This document shows positions 9,923 to 22,394 of a DNA stretch of 64,000 bases, in pieces. The stretch is from a virus. Its lineage: Duplodnaviria > Caudoviricetes. Below the pieces are notes generated by a model, which saw nothing but the letters and a program-made list of their open reading frames with translations, searched no databases and was not told the DNA's origin. Position 1 is the stretch's first letter. The number at the start of each line of letters is the position of its first letter. The stretch lies in IMG/VR virus record IMGVR_UViG_2841277917_000004, positions 13,764-77,763 of that record; one strand, written 5' to 3'. The position numbers were made by a program, and so were the translations under genes.

Positions 9923-11107
9923 TTGGAGTTTAAATTTGAAAAGAGCAAATTATACAATTATCTAGGAAAAGAGTTAGTTGGGGAATTAAAAAGAACTAAA
10001 GCTTATATTGCAGGTGGTACGATCACAAGCTTATTTTGCAATCGTGAAATTAATGATTTGGATGTTTATTTTAGAAATGAAGAATCTATGATTGATTTCC
10101 TTGAATCACTTTGGGATGAAACAGGCACTTATGTTGTTTCGTTAACAAAGAAATCTATTTTGCTGTTGAAGAATAGCCTACAAATTCAATTAATACACGA
10201 TAGGATGTATGAATCACCAAAAGAAATTTTCAAAGCATTTGATTTTACTGTCTGCATGGGCTGCTACGATTTTGATACAGACTCATTTATCTTGCATGAA
10301 GATTTTTTAAGACATAATGCACAGCGCCAGTTAACTTTTAATCCTGATACATTGTACCCAGTGGTATCAGCTTTAAGAGTACAAAAATATGAAGATAAAG
10401 GATATGAGATATCAAAAACAGAGTTTCTAAAAATTATGCTTTCTTGCATGAAGCTAGAAATTAACTCTTATGATGAACTCAAAAATCATTTGGGGGGCAT
10501 GTACGGGATCAATCTTGATAAGGTTTTCGATGAAACAAAAGAGTTTTCATTAGAAGACGCCATTATTCAAATTAGCAATCTATTTCACAATGAAATCTAT
10601 TTTGTAAAGCCGTTACATATTGAATTCAATAATTTAGAAGACATTATTACTCAAATTTCAATAACCCCTATTAAATACATAGAACTAAAAAATAAATTCT
10701 ATAAAATCAAATCTGATGGAACATTGGCTGGTATTACTAAAAGACCTGAAAACGGAATTGAAGTTAACAAAGGAGAATATTTTGCAGATAAAAAGTTTTA
10801 TAAATTTGTAGAGAAAAAAGATGGAAAATATTTCAGTTATTATGATAAAAAATTTGAATATATAATCGGAGCCGAGGCTCAACCTAAAAATGATTATCTT
10901 TATTTTGGTTTTATTGAAGATGTATTTGATTTCTCTTATAAAGATAGAGTAAATAGCGTTTTACTTGAGGCATTGGTTCTTCCAAGTTCTATTAAAGGAT
11001 TTGATGACGTAGCTTTCTTAATTGATAGATGTGAGATTCTTCGAGAAGTTCCAGAAAAAGAGTACAAGCAATTTATTGAAGACAGTGAAATGAATTGGGG
11101 AGGTTGA
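9923..11107 (+). CDS. phage nucleotidyltransferase-superfamily protein
   Basis: IAGG...NDLDVYF and FDFTVC motifs. Confidence 0.75.
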   Translation: MEFKFEKSKLYNYLGKELVGELKRTKAYIAGGTITSLFCNREINDLDVYFRNEESMIDFLESLWDETGTYVVSLTKKSILLLKNSLQIQLIHDRMYESPKEIFKAFDFTVCMGCYDFDTDSFILHEDFLRHNAQRQLTFNPDTLYPVVSALRVQKYEDKGYEISKTEFLKIMLSCMKLEINSYDELKNHLGGMYGINLDKVFDETKEFSLEDAIIQISNLFHNEIYFVKPLHIEFNNLEDIITQISITPIKYIELKNKFYKIKSDGTLAGITKRPENGIEVNKGEYFADKKFYKFVEKKDGKYFSYYDKKFEYIIGAEAQPKNDYLYFGFIEDVFDFSYKDRVNSVLLEALVLPSSIKGFDDVAFLIDRCEILREVPEKEYKQFIEDSEMNWGG

Positions 11108-11111
11108 CCAA

Positions 11112-11501
11112 ATGTATCTCACAATTATTGAGGGAACTGTAGAAGAATTTGAAACCATAGAAGATGTAATCGACCACATTCAAAGTAATGTTTATTTCGA
11201 AGTAGATCAGACTGCACTTCGATGGAAATTAGAGCATATGAATTTAAATGAATCAGTCAAATTAAGAAATGATTGCATGGTTGTCAAGTGTTTGAATCAA
11301 GATGAAATCAAAGAAAGAGCAGACCAGATGTTTGAAAAGGTAGCAAATCAAGCAAGAAAAAACGGGAGTGTAAGTATTAGTTGGGTTCAAAACGTTTTTC
11401 GATTAGATTATTACACATCAGCTACTATTGTTGATCGAATGGAAGATGAAAAAATTTGTGAGAGATACAAAGGGGAAAGTCATCGAAAGATTATCGGATA
11501 G
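11112..11501 (+). CDS. small protein with C-terminal FtsK-gamma-like winged helix
   Basis: SVSISWVQNVFRLDYYTSATIVDRME resembles the FtsK gamma pattern ASxSxxQRxxRIGYNRAARxxDxxE. Confidence 0.6.
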   Translation: MYLTIIEGTVEEFETIEDVIDHIQSNVYFEVDQTALRWKLEHMNLNESVKLRNDCMVVKCLNQDEIKERADQMFEKVANQARKNGSVSISWVQNVFRLDYYTSATIVDRMEDEKICERYKGESHRKIIG

Positions 11502-11528
11502 AGACATAATTTTAAAGGAGAGTAGCTA

Positions 11529-12704
11529 ATGAAAGTTGAGATAGAACTAACAAATGATGAAGTATATTTTTTGAGACGAATTCAAAACGACTATCAGATT
11601 CAGCAAGAAAATGAGCTGGTTCCTACTCCGAATCTTTATGTGTTGGTTGACTACAAAGAAGTTATTGTAGATCGGGATTTTGAAAGTGACTATGAGACTA
11701 CATATAATGATTCAGAAAATGGAGAGTATGGCATTAGGATTTCTGAATTAAAAAAATACTTAACTGAAAATCATAAAGAAGAAATCGATGAGTTTATAAA
11801 TAATGATGAATACATAGACAGTGTAACTGGTGAAAGTTTATTTGACTGGGAAGATGAAGATCATATTGACGAATTGATTGAGTACCTTCACATGGATATG
11901 TACAAAGCTGATACTACATTGAAAAAAGAGGACGTTCAAACTTTCCTTACACATGAAGCTGCTCAAAAACATTTAGAGTCCAATTACTATAATTATCATA
12001 GAAATGCGTTTATTGATAGACGCAAGCCTTGGAGAAACTTTGAGATGGAAACATTGATAAAGTTACTATATAGAATCCCTGTAGAAAAGGAGTGATAAAT
12101 TGAATCTAACTAATTTAGAAAAATTGACAATCATTCAATGGTTTAACTACATACGTTCAACAAATCCAATTCATCTAAACGAAAGTGATTTTAAAGCTGT
12201 AAAGAAAATTCGAAAGTCAATGTTAGACGAATAAACATTGGTTGTTTGAGGAGGAATTATGTTTTCAATATTTAGAAAAAAACCAACATGCAAACATAGT
12301 TGGATATTGAATGACATTCATGTCCAATATATTAATTCGTATATTGAAGTGTCGGGTGACGATAGATTTGTTCTTTACTGTACTGAATGCAAACGTGAGA
12401 AAACTGTACGTGAACATGAATTAATGCAAATGGAGAGTTATGGCTTAGTAAACAAATGAGATGGTAAAAGGGAATGGAGAGTGAACTTTTGAGTAAAGTA
12501 ATCCAGAATGTCCGTCAAGAATCCGCAGCAGGATGGTATGTAGGTGGCTTAGAGTTTTTAGATGACAATGTAGTGTGTTGGGATAAAGCAACTGGTTATT
12601 TTCCATCAGAGGATATTCTAAAAAATCATTATCCCTATTCTATCAGTATGGAAAAAGCATGCATAAAAGCGAAACAGCGCAAATGGATAGATTGGGAAAT
12701 CTAA
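11529..12704 (+). other. hypothetical phage genes (11529-12095, 12259-12459, 12474-12704)
   Basis: ORFs with RBSs. Confidence 0.6.
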
Positions 12705-12754
12705 TAGGATAAAATAGTGATTTTAACTGATAGATATAAAATAAAAAATTAAAA

Positions 12755-13678
12755 ATGATGATATCTGAAATGGAACGTAAAAAGTATATAGATGTAATTC
12801 GTTATGGTCATAAAACTACAGTTGGAGTCTTAAATGAGGGTGATCAAATTGTTATACAAGAAAAAATCGATGGAGCCAATGCTTCATTTATGTTTGATGA
12901 GAAGAGTAGAAAAATTCGAGCATTCTCACGTAATACTGAATTAGATGAAGAAAATACATTGGGCGGTTTTTATCAATGGACTCAGCAACTTAATCCAAGT
13001 GAATTATGTATTGGTGGCATTTACTTTGGTGAATGGCTGAATCCACATAAGGTAAAGTATGCAAATTATGAGAAACAATTTTTCTTATTTGATATTTATA
13101 ATACATACACAAATGAATATGTAGATTTCCCAATAGTTCAAGAAGAAGCTGAACGGCTAGTTTTAAATCTTGTTCCGGTATTTTATCAAGGAGAGTATAA
13201 GGGATATGAGCATCTTAAGTCATTTGTTGGCAAAACATTGCTTGGAGGTAGGCTTGGTGATTTAGAAACTGGAGAAGGGATTGTCGTAAAAAATATTGAC
13301 TATAAAGACAAATTTGGAAAGCAGGTATTTGTAAAATTGGTGACTGACAGTTTTCGAGAAGTACAAAAACAAAAAGCACCAAAAGACCCTAATCAATTAA
13401 AGACTCCAGAGATGTTATTTATTGAGCAATATGTAACACAGGGAAGGGTTGAAAAATTTTTATATAAATTAGTTGATGAAGGAATACTTGATGAAAAATT
13501 TGGTATTGAGGAAATGGGGGTAGTATTAAAGAATCTGAATGTGCGGATTTACGAGGATTTATTAAAAGAGGAAAGTGATTACCTTCCGAAAGAGTATGAA
13601 GAAAAAGTACTGCGTAAGAGCTTGGGTAGATTATTGCCAACTCTAGTAAAGAAAATACTTTTGAGCGATGTCGCTTAA
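12755..13678 (+). CDS. RNA ligase family protein (Rnl2-like)
   Basis: QEKIDGANASF (motif I), FGEW, LFDI, GEGIVVK. Confidence 0.85.
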   Translation: MMISEMERKKYIDVIRYGHKTTVGVLNEGDQIVIQEKIDGANASFMFDEKSRKIRAFSRNTELDEENTLGGFYQWTQQLNPSELCIGGIYFGEWLNPHKVKYANYEKQFFLFDIYNTYTNEYVDFPIVQEEAERLVLNLVPVFYQGEYKGYEHLKSFVGKTLLGGRLGDLETGEGIVVKNIDYKDKFGKQVFVKLVTDSFREVQKQKAPKDPNQLKTPEMLFIEQYVTQGRVEKFLYKLVDEGILDEKFGIEEMGVVLKNLNVRIYEDLLKEESDYLPKEYEEKVLRKSLGRLLPTLVKKILLSDVA

Positions 13679-13686
13679 ATTATAGG

Positions 13687-13812
13687 AGTGAAGTAATTGC
13701 TGTATACGATGGAGGGAAAGGTGGTACAGCAAATTGTCTCTTATATGCCAGGCAGAGCGTTGATAGTCGAACGCTCTATCGATTACATCCAAACTATGAT
13801 TTTGTGAACTAG
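13687..13812 (+). pseudogene. C-terminal remnant of a YspA/YoqJ-like SLOG protein
   Basis: Hand translation SEVIAVYDGGKGGTANCLLYARQ...NYDFVN*, no start codon. Confidence 0.65.
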
Positions 13813-13864
13813 ATATAAGTTATTTGGGATATTGCTAATGATCATTTGAAATGGAGAGATAGGA

Positions 13865-16181
13865 TTGTCTTTATTCTGGCGTAAGAATCGTATTAGAGAG
13901 TTAGAAAATGAGAATGAGAAATTGAGAAAGAGAAATGAAGAATTAGACGATAAGCTTCGAGAAGTAACTAAATGGAGAGAAAGACCTAATTGGAGATGGA
14001 AGAGCATCACGGTATCACCCTATATTTTTGAGAAATACATATATGGCTGGCAGAAAACTTTTGGGGGTTATCTTTGGAAGGGATACCGTGTAGAAGTAGA
14101 TGAAGCAATGCCAGATGGATATGTAAGATATGAAGAGGCGATAGAAGAACCACATAAGAATTGTAAGAATTGTGATATTAACTTTAAGCTTGTATTGGGA
14201 TTCCCAAGTGAAACCAGAGATTTTTGTTCAAATGAATGTTACGTAGAAAAGATGATGAAATGAATATTTTATGAGATGAGGCTAAAACATGGCAGAACCT
14301 GCTATAGAGATTGAATTGAAATTTGAGGACGGGAGTAGTTTTGAGTATCGAGCAAATGCAATACCAAGAGTGGGTGAGAATATAGATATTTATGTAGATG
14401 ATATGATAGGTAATTTTGAAGTTTTGAAGGTCAAACATCGTGTATCTAAAACTAAAAGATCATATGGCATGCCATCACAGATTTTTTCATATGTAACAGT
14501 TTATATAAAGTAAAAATAAATAATAGTGGAGATATAGCGAATGATTAAAATAAAGAAAACTAATATTTATGAAGTGGCTGCCATAGCTAAGAAATCTTGG
14601 CTGATAGAAAGACCTAATGAAGTGGAGTATAAAAAGGTTAAAGAAGCCCAAGAAAATATTGAGGGACATGTTAATGAAATTAGAGAAATTTATATACAAA
14701 AAATGTTTTTACAAACTTAGCTTAAAGGACAAGCAAATAAAAAATATTTAGGAAAAATGGAGAGGTTAGTATGAAATTAATAAAGGAAAAGTTAATAGAT
14801 GTGTTACCAGCATTCGGTTTCGTTCAATGTAACGATGGAACTGATTACTACAGTGGAACTCCGCAATGGTTCGTAGCTCTTGTTCGCTATTATGATCAAA
14901 AAGAGGAGTTAATTAAGTTCTTTAATGAAGTAGGGATTGAATACCCTACATGGATTAATGAAATTAAAATGCCATATGAATATGGTGAAGAAGAGTTAGA
15001 ATTAATATTTAAAAATTTAAATCGAATGTACGTTTGCAATGGTGAAATTTATAGTAATAATCTGCAATATTGGTATGAATATTGGCACTATAGAAATTTT
15101 AATGTTCAAGATGCTTTTTCTAAATTGAGTTATTTGGAAATACCGTGGCAGCTTTTTCTCAAGAATTCATTGCTGCTAGATAAAAAATGGTTCGAGAAGA
15201 TTGTGGATTCCTTAGCTCAAGGAAAAGCTCACTCAGATTATTTTCTACGAATTTATCAGTATCAGACACTTACAAAGGAACAAATTGAAGAACTCATTAA
15301 GGCAGTAAAATTTGATTCAAGAAATAGTGATCATAGAGTAATAATGAAGCACGCATTAAAAACATATTCATCATACATGGCTGCAAAAAAGACCCAAAAT
15401 CTATTGTCTGAGTATGAATTCGATTATAAATGGTATCCGGAAGAATATCAGGTTCTATACATAATGCAGAAAGAAGAAATCGAAACTAAAATCAAACTAA
15501 TTAAAAATAGCACTCTTAGTGAAGAGAAGAAAAAAGAACTATTGAGAAAGATTTTGTTATAAAAATAAGCTTCAAATAAAAATATGAATAAATGATTGAA
15601 GGCAGGTGCGATTTATAGATACTTCACCATATTACAAATTAATATGTCAGAGAGCTAAAGAATTGCAAGAAGTTTGGAAGCCAAAAGTTGGAGATTTTAT
15701 TTCAACAACCTCATGTTATTGCAGTAATCCAAAAAACTGTAGTGATGATCAAATGTGCTTAGACTGCACGAAAAGGTCAAATACATACGTTATTTCAGGT
15801 CAGTACGATTATGCGGAGTCAATAGGAGGAACTCACTGGTTTTATGGTGGTCACGCTTGTGTTCGTGGTGATGGAAATAGACTGAACAGTACGGGTTGCT
15901 ACGTAATGACGGAAAGTGGGGTTTCAGGAATTTATACAAGTAAATATGAGTGTGGTTCGAAGAAATGTAAAATTTGGTTGCCTCGACAAGAGCAGTTTCA
16001 AAATATGCTTTGGGAGGGACTATCTAATACAAGTAAAGTTAGAAAGTTTATAGATTATATTGGGAATAAAGCATACACCGACTCAATTGAATCATTATGG
16101 TTGCATCTATATATGAAAGAACGATATGGAAAGAGATGGAATTTATTGTCAGATGTGATGCAGTGGGAACACATCGAATAA
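13865..16181 (+). other. hypothetical phage genes (13865-14263, 14289-14513, 14771-15562, 15606-16181)
   Basis: ORFs with RBSs. Confidence 0.6.
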
Positions 16182-16208
16182 AAGAAGGAATTCATTAGGA
16201 GGAAGTTA

Positions 16209-16625
16209 ATGCGAGAGATAAAATTTCGAGGAAAAGCCTTTAGTGAAAACGGAATCGAGTGTTTACCAAAATGGGTTTACGGGAATCTGATCATATCAGA
16301 TAACGGAGATTGTTTTATTACTCGATGGACACGTTCAACTGGCATTGGATACGAAAGTGTAACTTATCAAGTCGATCCTAAGTCCGTAGGACAATACACT
16401 GGACTCGAAGACCGCACCGGCAAGAAAATTTATGAAGGGGCTATCGTTAAAGGAAAAAGTTATAGGCAAGCTACTCCTATACGATTTATTGGAAAAGTCC
16501 AATATAGATATAACGAATTTAATGTGTACGGCATTGGGAGATACAGAGGAAGGGCTGAAGAGCTAAATACTACTTTCGAAATCGTCAGTAATATCTAGGA
16601 AAATCCAGAGCTACTGGGGGTATAA
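16209..16625 (+). CDS. YopX family protein with premature TAG at 16596-16598
   Basis: MREIKFRG...GQYTGLED..GKKIYEG; NI*ENPELL tail continues to 16625. Confidence 0.85.
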
Positions 16626-16627
16626 AG

Positions 16628-17098
16628 ATGCGAGAGATAAAGTTTCAATGTATTTATAGACCAACAAAAGAAAAGTTTGTACCTAGAAAAATCGATTTCG
16701 AAAATGGAATTGTATATGGGAGCTTTGATGGAAAACTAAACGATTATTGTCATTTCTCCCTCACTCCAAATGGGAACGGTGATGCGTGGTTAAGACAATA
16801 TACCGGACTCCATGACAATACCAAATGGGATGATTTAACCGATAAAGAGCAACAAGAATGGCTAAACAAAGGAAAGACTCAAGAGGATTGGAAGGGCAAA
16901 GAGATTTATGACGGAGATATTGTTCGAATAAGCGATCATCCTTTTCATGGTTCGATGACAGTCAATGGCAATTATGAAATAGGTTACAACGAGCAAATGG
17001 AGCTTTGCTGTGGTAGTTGGTTATTATTCCGAGTGAAGAAGTATGCAGAAGTCATCGACAACATATATGAAAATCCTGAGCTACTAAAGAAGGGGTAA
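16628..17098 (+). CDS. YopX family protein
   Basis: MREIKF...QYTGLHD...GKEIYDGDI...NIYENPELL. Confidence 0.9.
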   Translation: MREIKFQCIYRPTKEKFVPRKIDFENGIVYGSFDGKLNDYCHFSLTPNGNGDAWLRQYTGLHDNTKWDDLTDKEQQEWLNKGKTQEDWKGKEIYDGDIVRISDHPFHGSMTVNGNYEIGYNEQMELCCGSWLLFRVKKYAEVIDNIYENPELLKKG

Positions 17099-17105
17099 TC
17101 AGGTA

Positions 17106-20100
17106 ATGACAATGGTATGCGGGAGACCTTATGTTTTGTTTGATCCAGAGCAAACAGCAGAGATAAAGCGCATTGAACGGAGGAATGACTTAATAAATCA
17201 AATAATATCAAATTTAAATGAAGTATTAGTTCCAATTGATGAGTATGTTCATTTATATACGAGTGATGAGGACTTAAGAAAAACGCTACTTGATGCAATC
17301 GTTATAATTCTACACTTATCAGGTTTAGTGTATGACGAAGATATTGAGAAACTTATTGAATGTGAAGTTTTACCGCAAATACGTTGGGAAGGGGAACAAG
17401 AGATTTTATGCTAGGACGTGAAGAATTGCAAGAGATTCGTAAACGTATTAAAAGGGCAACTAAAGGAACATGGAAATGGAAAGAATGCCATGATTGTTCA
17501 CTATTGAATAGTGAAGGTAACGAGATCGTTACAGTAGTTGGCGATGATATGAGTTATATCAAGGTTTTACGTAATGAAGATGCAGAGTTTATAGCCCATG
17601 CACGTGAAGACATTCTAAAGTTACTTGAAACAATAGATAAGCTGGAAGTGTATAGAGATAGATATAAAGCTTATTTTGATGGGTACAAACAAGGTCAGTA
17701 TGACATGCAGATGAACAATCTAAATAGTAACATTTCTTACTATTAAGATATTGATACATAGGAATGAAAGTAGAAAAGGAGACGAAGACAATAGAATGAT
17801 GGATGATATTCATATTTATCTGCCAAACGGTATGCGAGTTGTAATTGTGGAACCAACTGACCGTTTTGAAAGAATGGAATTTGCATTTAAAGGCTGTTTG
17901 CAAGAACGAAAATGGCATGGCTGGTCTACAATTTCATCATGTGGTATATCTGATATTAATATCACAAAATTAGATAAGTATATTAATAAGATGATTCGTG
18001 GACTCATAACCAGATACGAACATAAGTTAAAAGAAAAACTGGCGAATATTCAATTACAGGCTAAGTATCATGGAAAAGTACTGACAGAGTTAGAGTTGCA
18101 GATGATACGTGAAAACAAGATTAATAGTAACGGAGAGATTATGAAATGACCGAACAAGAAAGTTTAATAGCGTGGTTATATCGTAGGATACAACAGTCTC
18201 CCGATCTTGGTACGATACGATTTTATTATTTGTACTTTAAAGATATGTGGCTCAAAGAGTTCGGCACACTGACGAATATTCCTGAAGAAGTGTACGATCA
18301 GATACGTATGAAACGTGAGTCACTAAAGGAGTTAATTGATTAATGGACAAAGCGCAAATAAATCTGGTTTCTTGGATGTACAACCTTATTGTTGTTGAAA
18401 TGAAGCTTAATCCTCAGAAATACAACAATAAGGATATTGAACTACTTCAACAAGCTATCAAAAGGAGATTCCCTAAATATTATCATTCAATTGTCAGTGA
18501 ACTTTGCAAAGGTGAGTGAAGAAATGCTATATCACGAATTAAATGAACAGCTAAAAGCTGGAGATATTGTATACATATGTGATTATCGTTTTAACAATAT
18601 AGATCAACAGCCAATTCGACATATTATACCGCAAAGAGTAATGGTATTCAGCAATAGTGATTTACCTAAAGGTAAAAAAGTATATTATTCTGAACACCAT
18701 TTTAGACCTTTAAATAAAAAAGACAAACCATTAAGTAGAATTATTGCTCCTTATGACAATACGGGATATCGAAGTTATAAGGGTGTATCATTAAATATCT
18801 TCTTTACTAAAGAAGAATGCATTAAGCATTACCAACAACAGTGTAAACAAAATATTAAGGAATATGAAAAGGCTAAAATTGATAAATTGAATTACTATGA
18901 AAACAAAATAAATGAAATTAAAGAAGAGATGTCTGGATTGCAATTAGAGTAAGAGTTTAAAAAAAGTAAATAGAGGGGGATTTAATATTTCTTATACAGC
19001 ATTTGAGCGTGAAACAGTAATGACATGTGATGATGAGACTAAAATGTGGACAATTTACACGTTGCAGCCAACTATTATCACAAGATTAAGAAAGGCTGGA
19101 ATAGAGCCTTTTCAGATTGATAAAGATGGGGGACATTATAATAAAGAAGTAACTTTTAAGCAAATATCCTTTAGGTCAAAGACTAAAGGTCGGGAGATGA
19201 CAGAGGAACAAAGAAGAGAAGCTGCTGAACGATTTAAGAGGGCTAGAGAGGGGAAAAGAGGTGGAGGGTGATATTAAGTAAAGAGAAGTATCAGGCTCTT
19301 TGGAAAGTTGAGGATAAAATCAAGGAATTAGCAAAACTAAATCATAAATACATATCCCCAATTTATTTAGCCAAATCAATCAATGAAAGTGAATCAGATG
19401 TGCTGGAATGTTTAATTCACCTTCAGCGACAAAAGAAACCAAATAAGGGAGGTCTGATGTTTAAAGTCATTTGCCCAGCACATGACAAAGTAATTGAAGA
19501 GATAAGAGATGTATGGTTGAACGGATTGGCTGTGGAGTTAAAAGATAGATATTGGTGTGGGTGTTGTATTGAATATAGACCAATGAATCCTGATAAGATA
19601 AGAGTTTCATTTGAAATCAGTGACCAGTATCTTGGCTACATTAGGGACTATCAATTAAAAGGATAATTATATGCAGATAAATACATATGCTGAGAACGTG
19701 CGTTTCAAAATTTTCGGGGCATTAGGAACACTAACTATGAAATGAAATGATGTTTTATCTGACGACCAAAGGAGGAATAATCATGGCTAAATATCGTAAA
19801 AAACCTGTAGTGATTGAGGCTGAACAGTTAACAGTAGAAATGTGCCAGAAGAACGCTGGATTCGCCAATCCATTTAAAGTGGGTCACAAAATTCTATATA
19901 TCTACTACTACACTGACTACGCAGTAATTGGAACGCTGGAGGGGGAAATGAAGGCTGAGATAGGAGATTGGATTATCACAGGGATAAAAGGTGAGAAGTA
20001 TCCATGCAAACCAGACATTTTCGAAGCCACATATGAAACAGTTGAATAAGTACTAAAGGAGGATTACATTGAAAGCAGAATTGGTTAATAATCTTGAAGA

Positions 20101-21160
20101 TTTAAAAGCGGTACGTCAATTAGTTAATGAATTACAAATCAAAGATTCTAGTAAAAAGATCATTAAGTCAGCTATTAATGACGCATTTAAAACTGTGAAT
20201 AAGAAATTGTACATTATCGAAAGTAGAGAAAAAACAAAACTTGAAACTAAAATGATTGATAATCATAAAGTTACAATTCCTAAAGGGCTATACAGTAATA
20301 AAAATGCTGTTTATTACTATGGAAATGGCGTCATTTATCAAATCAGCAAACCAAGATTTGACCAAGATAAAAGCTTTCACATGATAAATTGCGTTTGGAT
20401 TGATGAAGTGAATAGGCAAACAAAACTAATAGTTCGTACTCTAGGTGGAGATAACTACGGAGATAGATATTTTTTGGAAGCAGGTTACTTTAAGGATATA
20501 AGGGATGAATATCCGTATTTGACTAAGGCGATTAGACGTAGCAATTATAAATATAAAGAATATGTAGAAAAGGTTTTGGCATACATAAGAGAGTTTAATG
20601 GATTTGAGAATTTCCATGTAAAAGGGAAAACAAGATAAAATGGAAAGAGAAAGACACATGGACTCTACATACAGTCTTAGCGAGGCTACACACTGGAAAG
20701 CTACTTTTGCTAATTGGGAATGCAAAGAAACGTTATCTGGCGTGACATTAGGAAAGGTATATGAATTAAAAAGAGGACAAAAAGAAGAGTTGTATGTTAT
20801 TGATGATAAAGGTGATTTGAGTACAATATTTCTATGTCACAATGGAGAATTAGTTAAGATAAAAAATTTATATGGAAGTGAGTTAGGTGCATGACTGATT
20901 ATTATGTCAAAAAGTATCCAGAATTGAAAGAGGTGGTTGATAAACACAATCTTAAGTTTGACTTGGACTGTTGGGGTATGGGAGTAATAGTTTTTTATGA
21001 GGGGGAAGAAATCGGATATTGGTTTCAGAGTTTAAATGGGATAAGTATGCAGTACACAATAGGACTTGGACTTCATAATGATTTTCATGAAAATTATACA
21101 CTATTGAGTGAAGGCATTGATTACAGAATTAATACGTCATTTAACCAAATGAAAAGTTGA
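17106..21160 (+). other. array of small hypothetical phage genes (including Ead/Ea22-like 17408-17746, 18437-18952, 18987-19271, 19268-19666, 20069-20638, 20640-20894, 20891-21160)
   Basis: Co-oriented, often overlapping ORFs; EDAEFIAHAREDI motif in the 17384 ORF. Confidence 0.6.
19783..20049 (+). CDS. conserved small phage protein (KYRKKPVVIEA...TLEG...GDWII...YPCKPDIF family)
   Basis: Widely conserved phage motif; ATG after an AAAGGAGGA RBS. Confidence 0.75.
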   Translation: MAKYRKKPVVIEAEQLTVEMCQKNAGFANPFKVGHKILYIYYYTDYAVIGTLEGEMKAEIGDWIITGIKGEKYPCKPDIFEATYETVE

Positions 21161-21185
21161 TTTTATCGTTAACTTATAAAAAACA

Positions 21186-21213
21186 GAGGTACTTCCGTTT
21201 ATAGAAGTACCTC
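21186..21213. terminator. bidirectional terminator between convergent units
   Basis: GAGGTACTTC / GAAGTACCTC stem. Confidence 0.7.
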
Positions 21214-21220
21214 AATATCC

Positions 21221-21805
21221 CTATTTCAAATTGTCAATTGTAGTTATAAGCTCTTTCTCGCTTATAGAAGGAAGTGCTTCTGTTTCGAAAACATTTGTGT
21301 ATTCGTTGTTTTCTTGAGTGTTTAGGCTGTGTGTTTCATTTAATTTGAATAATTGATTTGGAGTGTTTGGAATTAAAACGTTCTTTTTAAGTTCCTCGTC
21401 ATACTCTCCATTTAAGAAAAGTAGATAATCGCCCTGCTTAATTTCTTGATTTTTCTCATCCACAATATTTACCACGGAACTGCCAGCGTCAAATCCAATT
21501 AATCTATATAGTTCGATCGTGCTGCCCACGTCAATCTTTTGAGATGTGAGGTTATTATATACTTTATTGACCTCCACTTCATAAACGTAAAAGATAAGAT
21601 TGCCTACTTTTTCTTGTTTATACTTTTGAGGGACTGATCCATTAACAATTACTTTTGAGTCTTTAACAATTTCTTCAGTATTCTTGAATGTTTTTGATAG
21701 AGCTTGGCTATGTGAAGGTGTAGGACTTAGTTCTTTGTATGCCAAAGCAGAACCAACTCCTATAACTAAGGCAGACGCAATAATTAGACCATAAATCTTT
21801 TTCAC
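21221..21805 (-). CDS. secreted/membrane-anchored partner of the matrixin protease
   Basis: N-terminal signal/TM segment; directly downstream of the metalloprotease gene. Confidence 0.7.
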   Translation of the reverse strand: MKKIYGLIIASALVIGVGSALAYKELSPTPSHSQALSKTFKNTEEIVKDSKVIVNGSVPQKYKQEKVGNLIFYVYEVEVNKVYNNLTSQKIDVGSTIELYRLIGFDAGSSVVNIVDEKNQEIKQGDYLLFLNGEYDEELKKNVLIPNTPNQLFKLNETHSLNTQENNEYTNVFETEALPSISEKELITTIDNLK

Positions 21806-21830
21806 ACTGTATCTCTCCTAACTAGGAATT

Positions 21831-22394
21831 TTATTTGTACAGATTCTTGAGGTTATCTTTATCGTATTTTGTGGGACCATCCACATCAAAAACATCGTTA
21901 GGGTCCATAATGGAATCTGTGAATGATTTTGTGGTATGAGCTAGTCCAAGTATATGACCAAACTCATGAGCTATTGTGTTAATTGTTTCACCTTCATCTA
22001 ATTTATCGCATAAGTAGCGGACAATGATTACTTCTCCTGATGCATAAGGATTTTTGTCAACTTCGCCTTTACTATTGTATGGGATTCCTAGTCCGTATGT
22101 TCCAGCAAAGCCAAGTTTGTTATCTTCACTCCTAGACAGATGTTTTACTTTTACATGAGCTTTCTTTTTATCGGCAGGATAAATGTCAATGTTCTTAGAA
22201 ATACCATTCCATTTATCAGCAGCGTACCATAATCCATCTGAATATTTGCTCTCTAAGTTGTAGTCTTCATAATAAACAGTAGAAACATTCCATTTTCCAT
22301 TTAAGTATTCTGCAAATGCACTAGTAGCGAAAAAGGAAATTGCAGATACTGCTGAAAATAATCCGATTGCTAGCTTCGTAGAAATCTTTGACAT
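21831..22394 (-). CDS. secreted matrixin (M10-like) zinc metalloprotease
   Basis: Signal peptide ending AFA; HEFGHILGLAH zinc motif; SIM Met-turn; own promoter TTTACA-N17-TATATT at 22465-22437. Confidence 0.85.
   Translation of the reverse strand: MSKISTKLAIGLFSAVSAISFFATSAFAEYLNGKWNVSTVYYEDYNLESKYSDGLWYAADKWNGISKNIDIYPADKKKAHVKVKHLSRSEDNKLGFAGTYGLGIPYNSKGEVDKNPYASGEVIIVRYLCDKLDEGETINTIAHEFGHILGLAHTTKSFTDSIMDPNDVFDVDGPTKYDKDNLKNLYK

Noticed and set aside
16596-16598. Stop-codon reassignment (TAG readthrough)
   Set aside because: TAG terminates many other genes normally (e.g. aimP, integrase) and no suppressor tRNA was seen; a single nonsense mutation is simpler
19693-19706. LexA (SOS) box-like AGAACGTGCGTTTC
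   Set aside because: Single near-match with no clear associated promoter; not supportable without a scan
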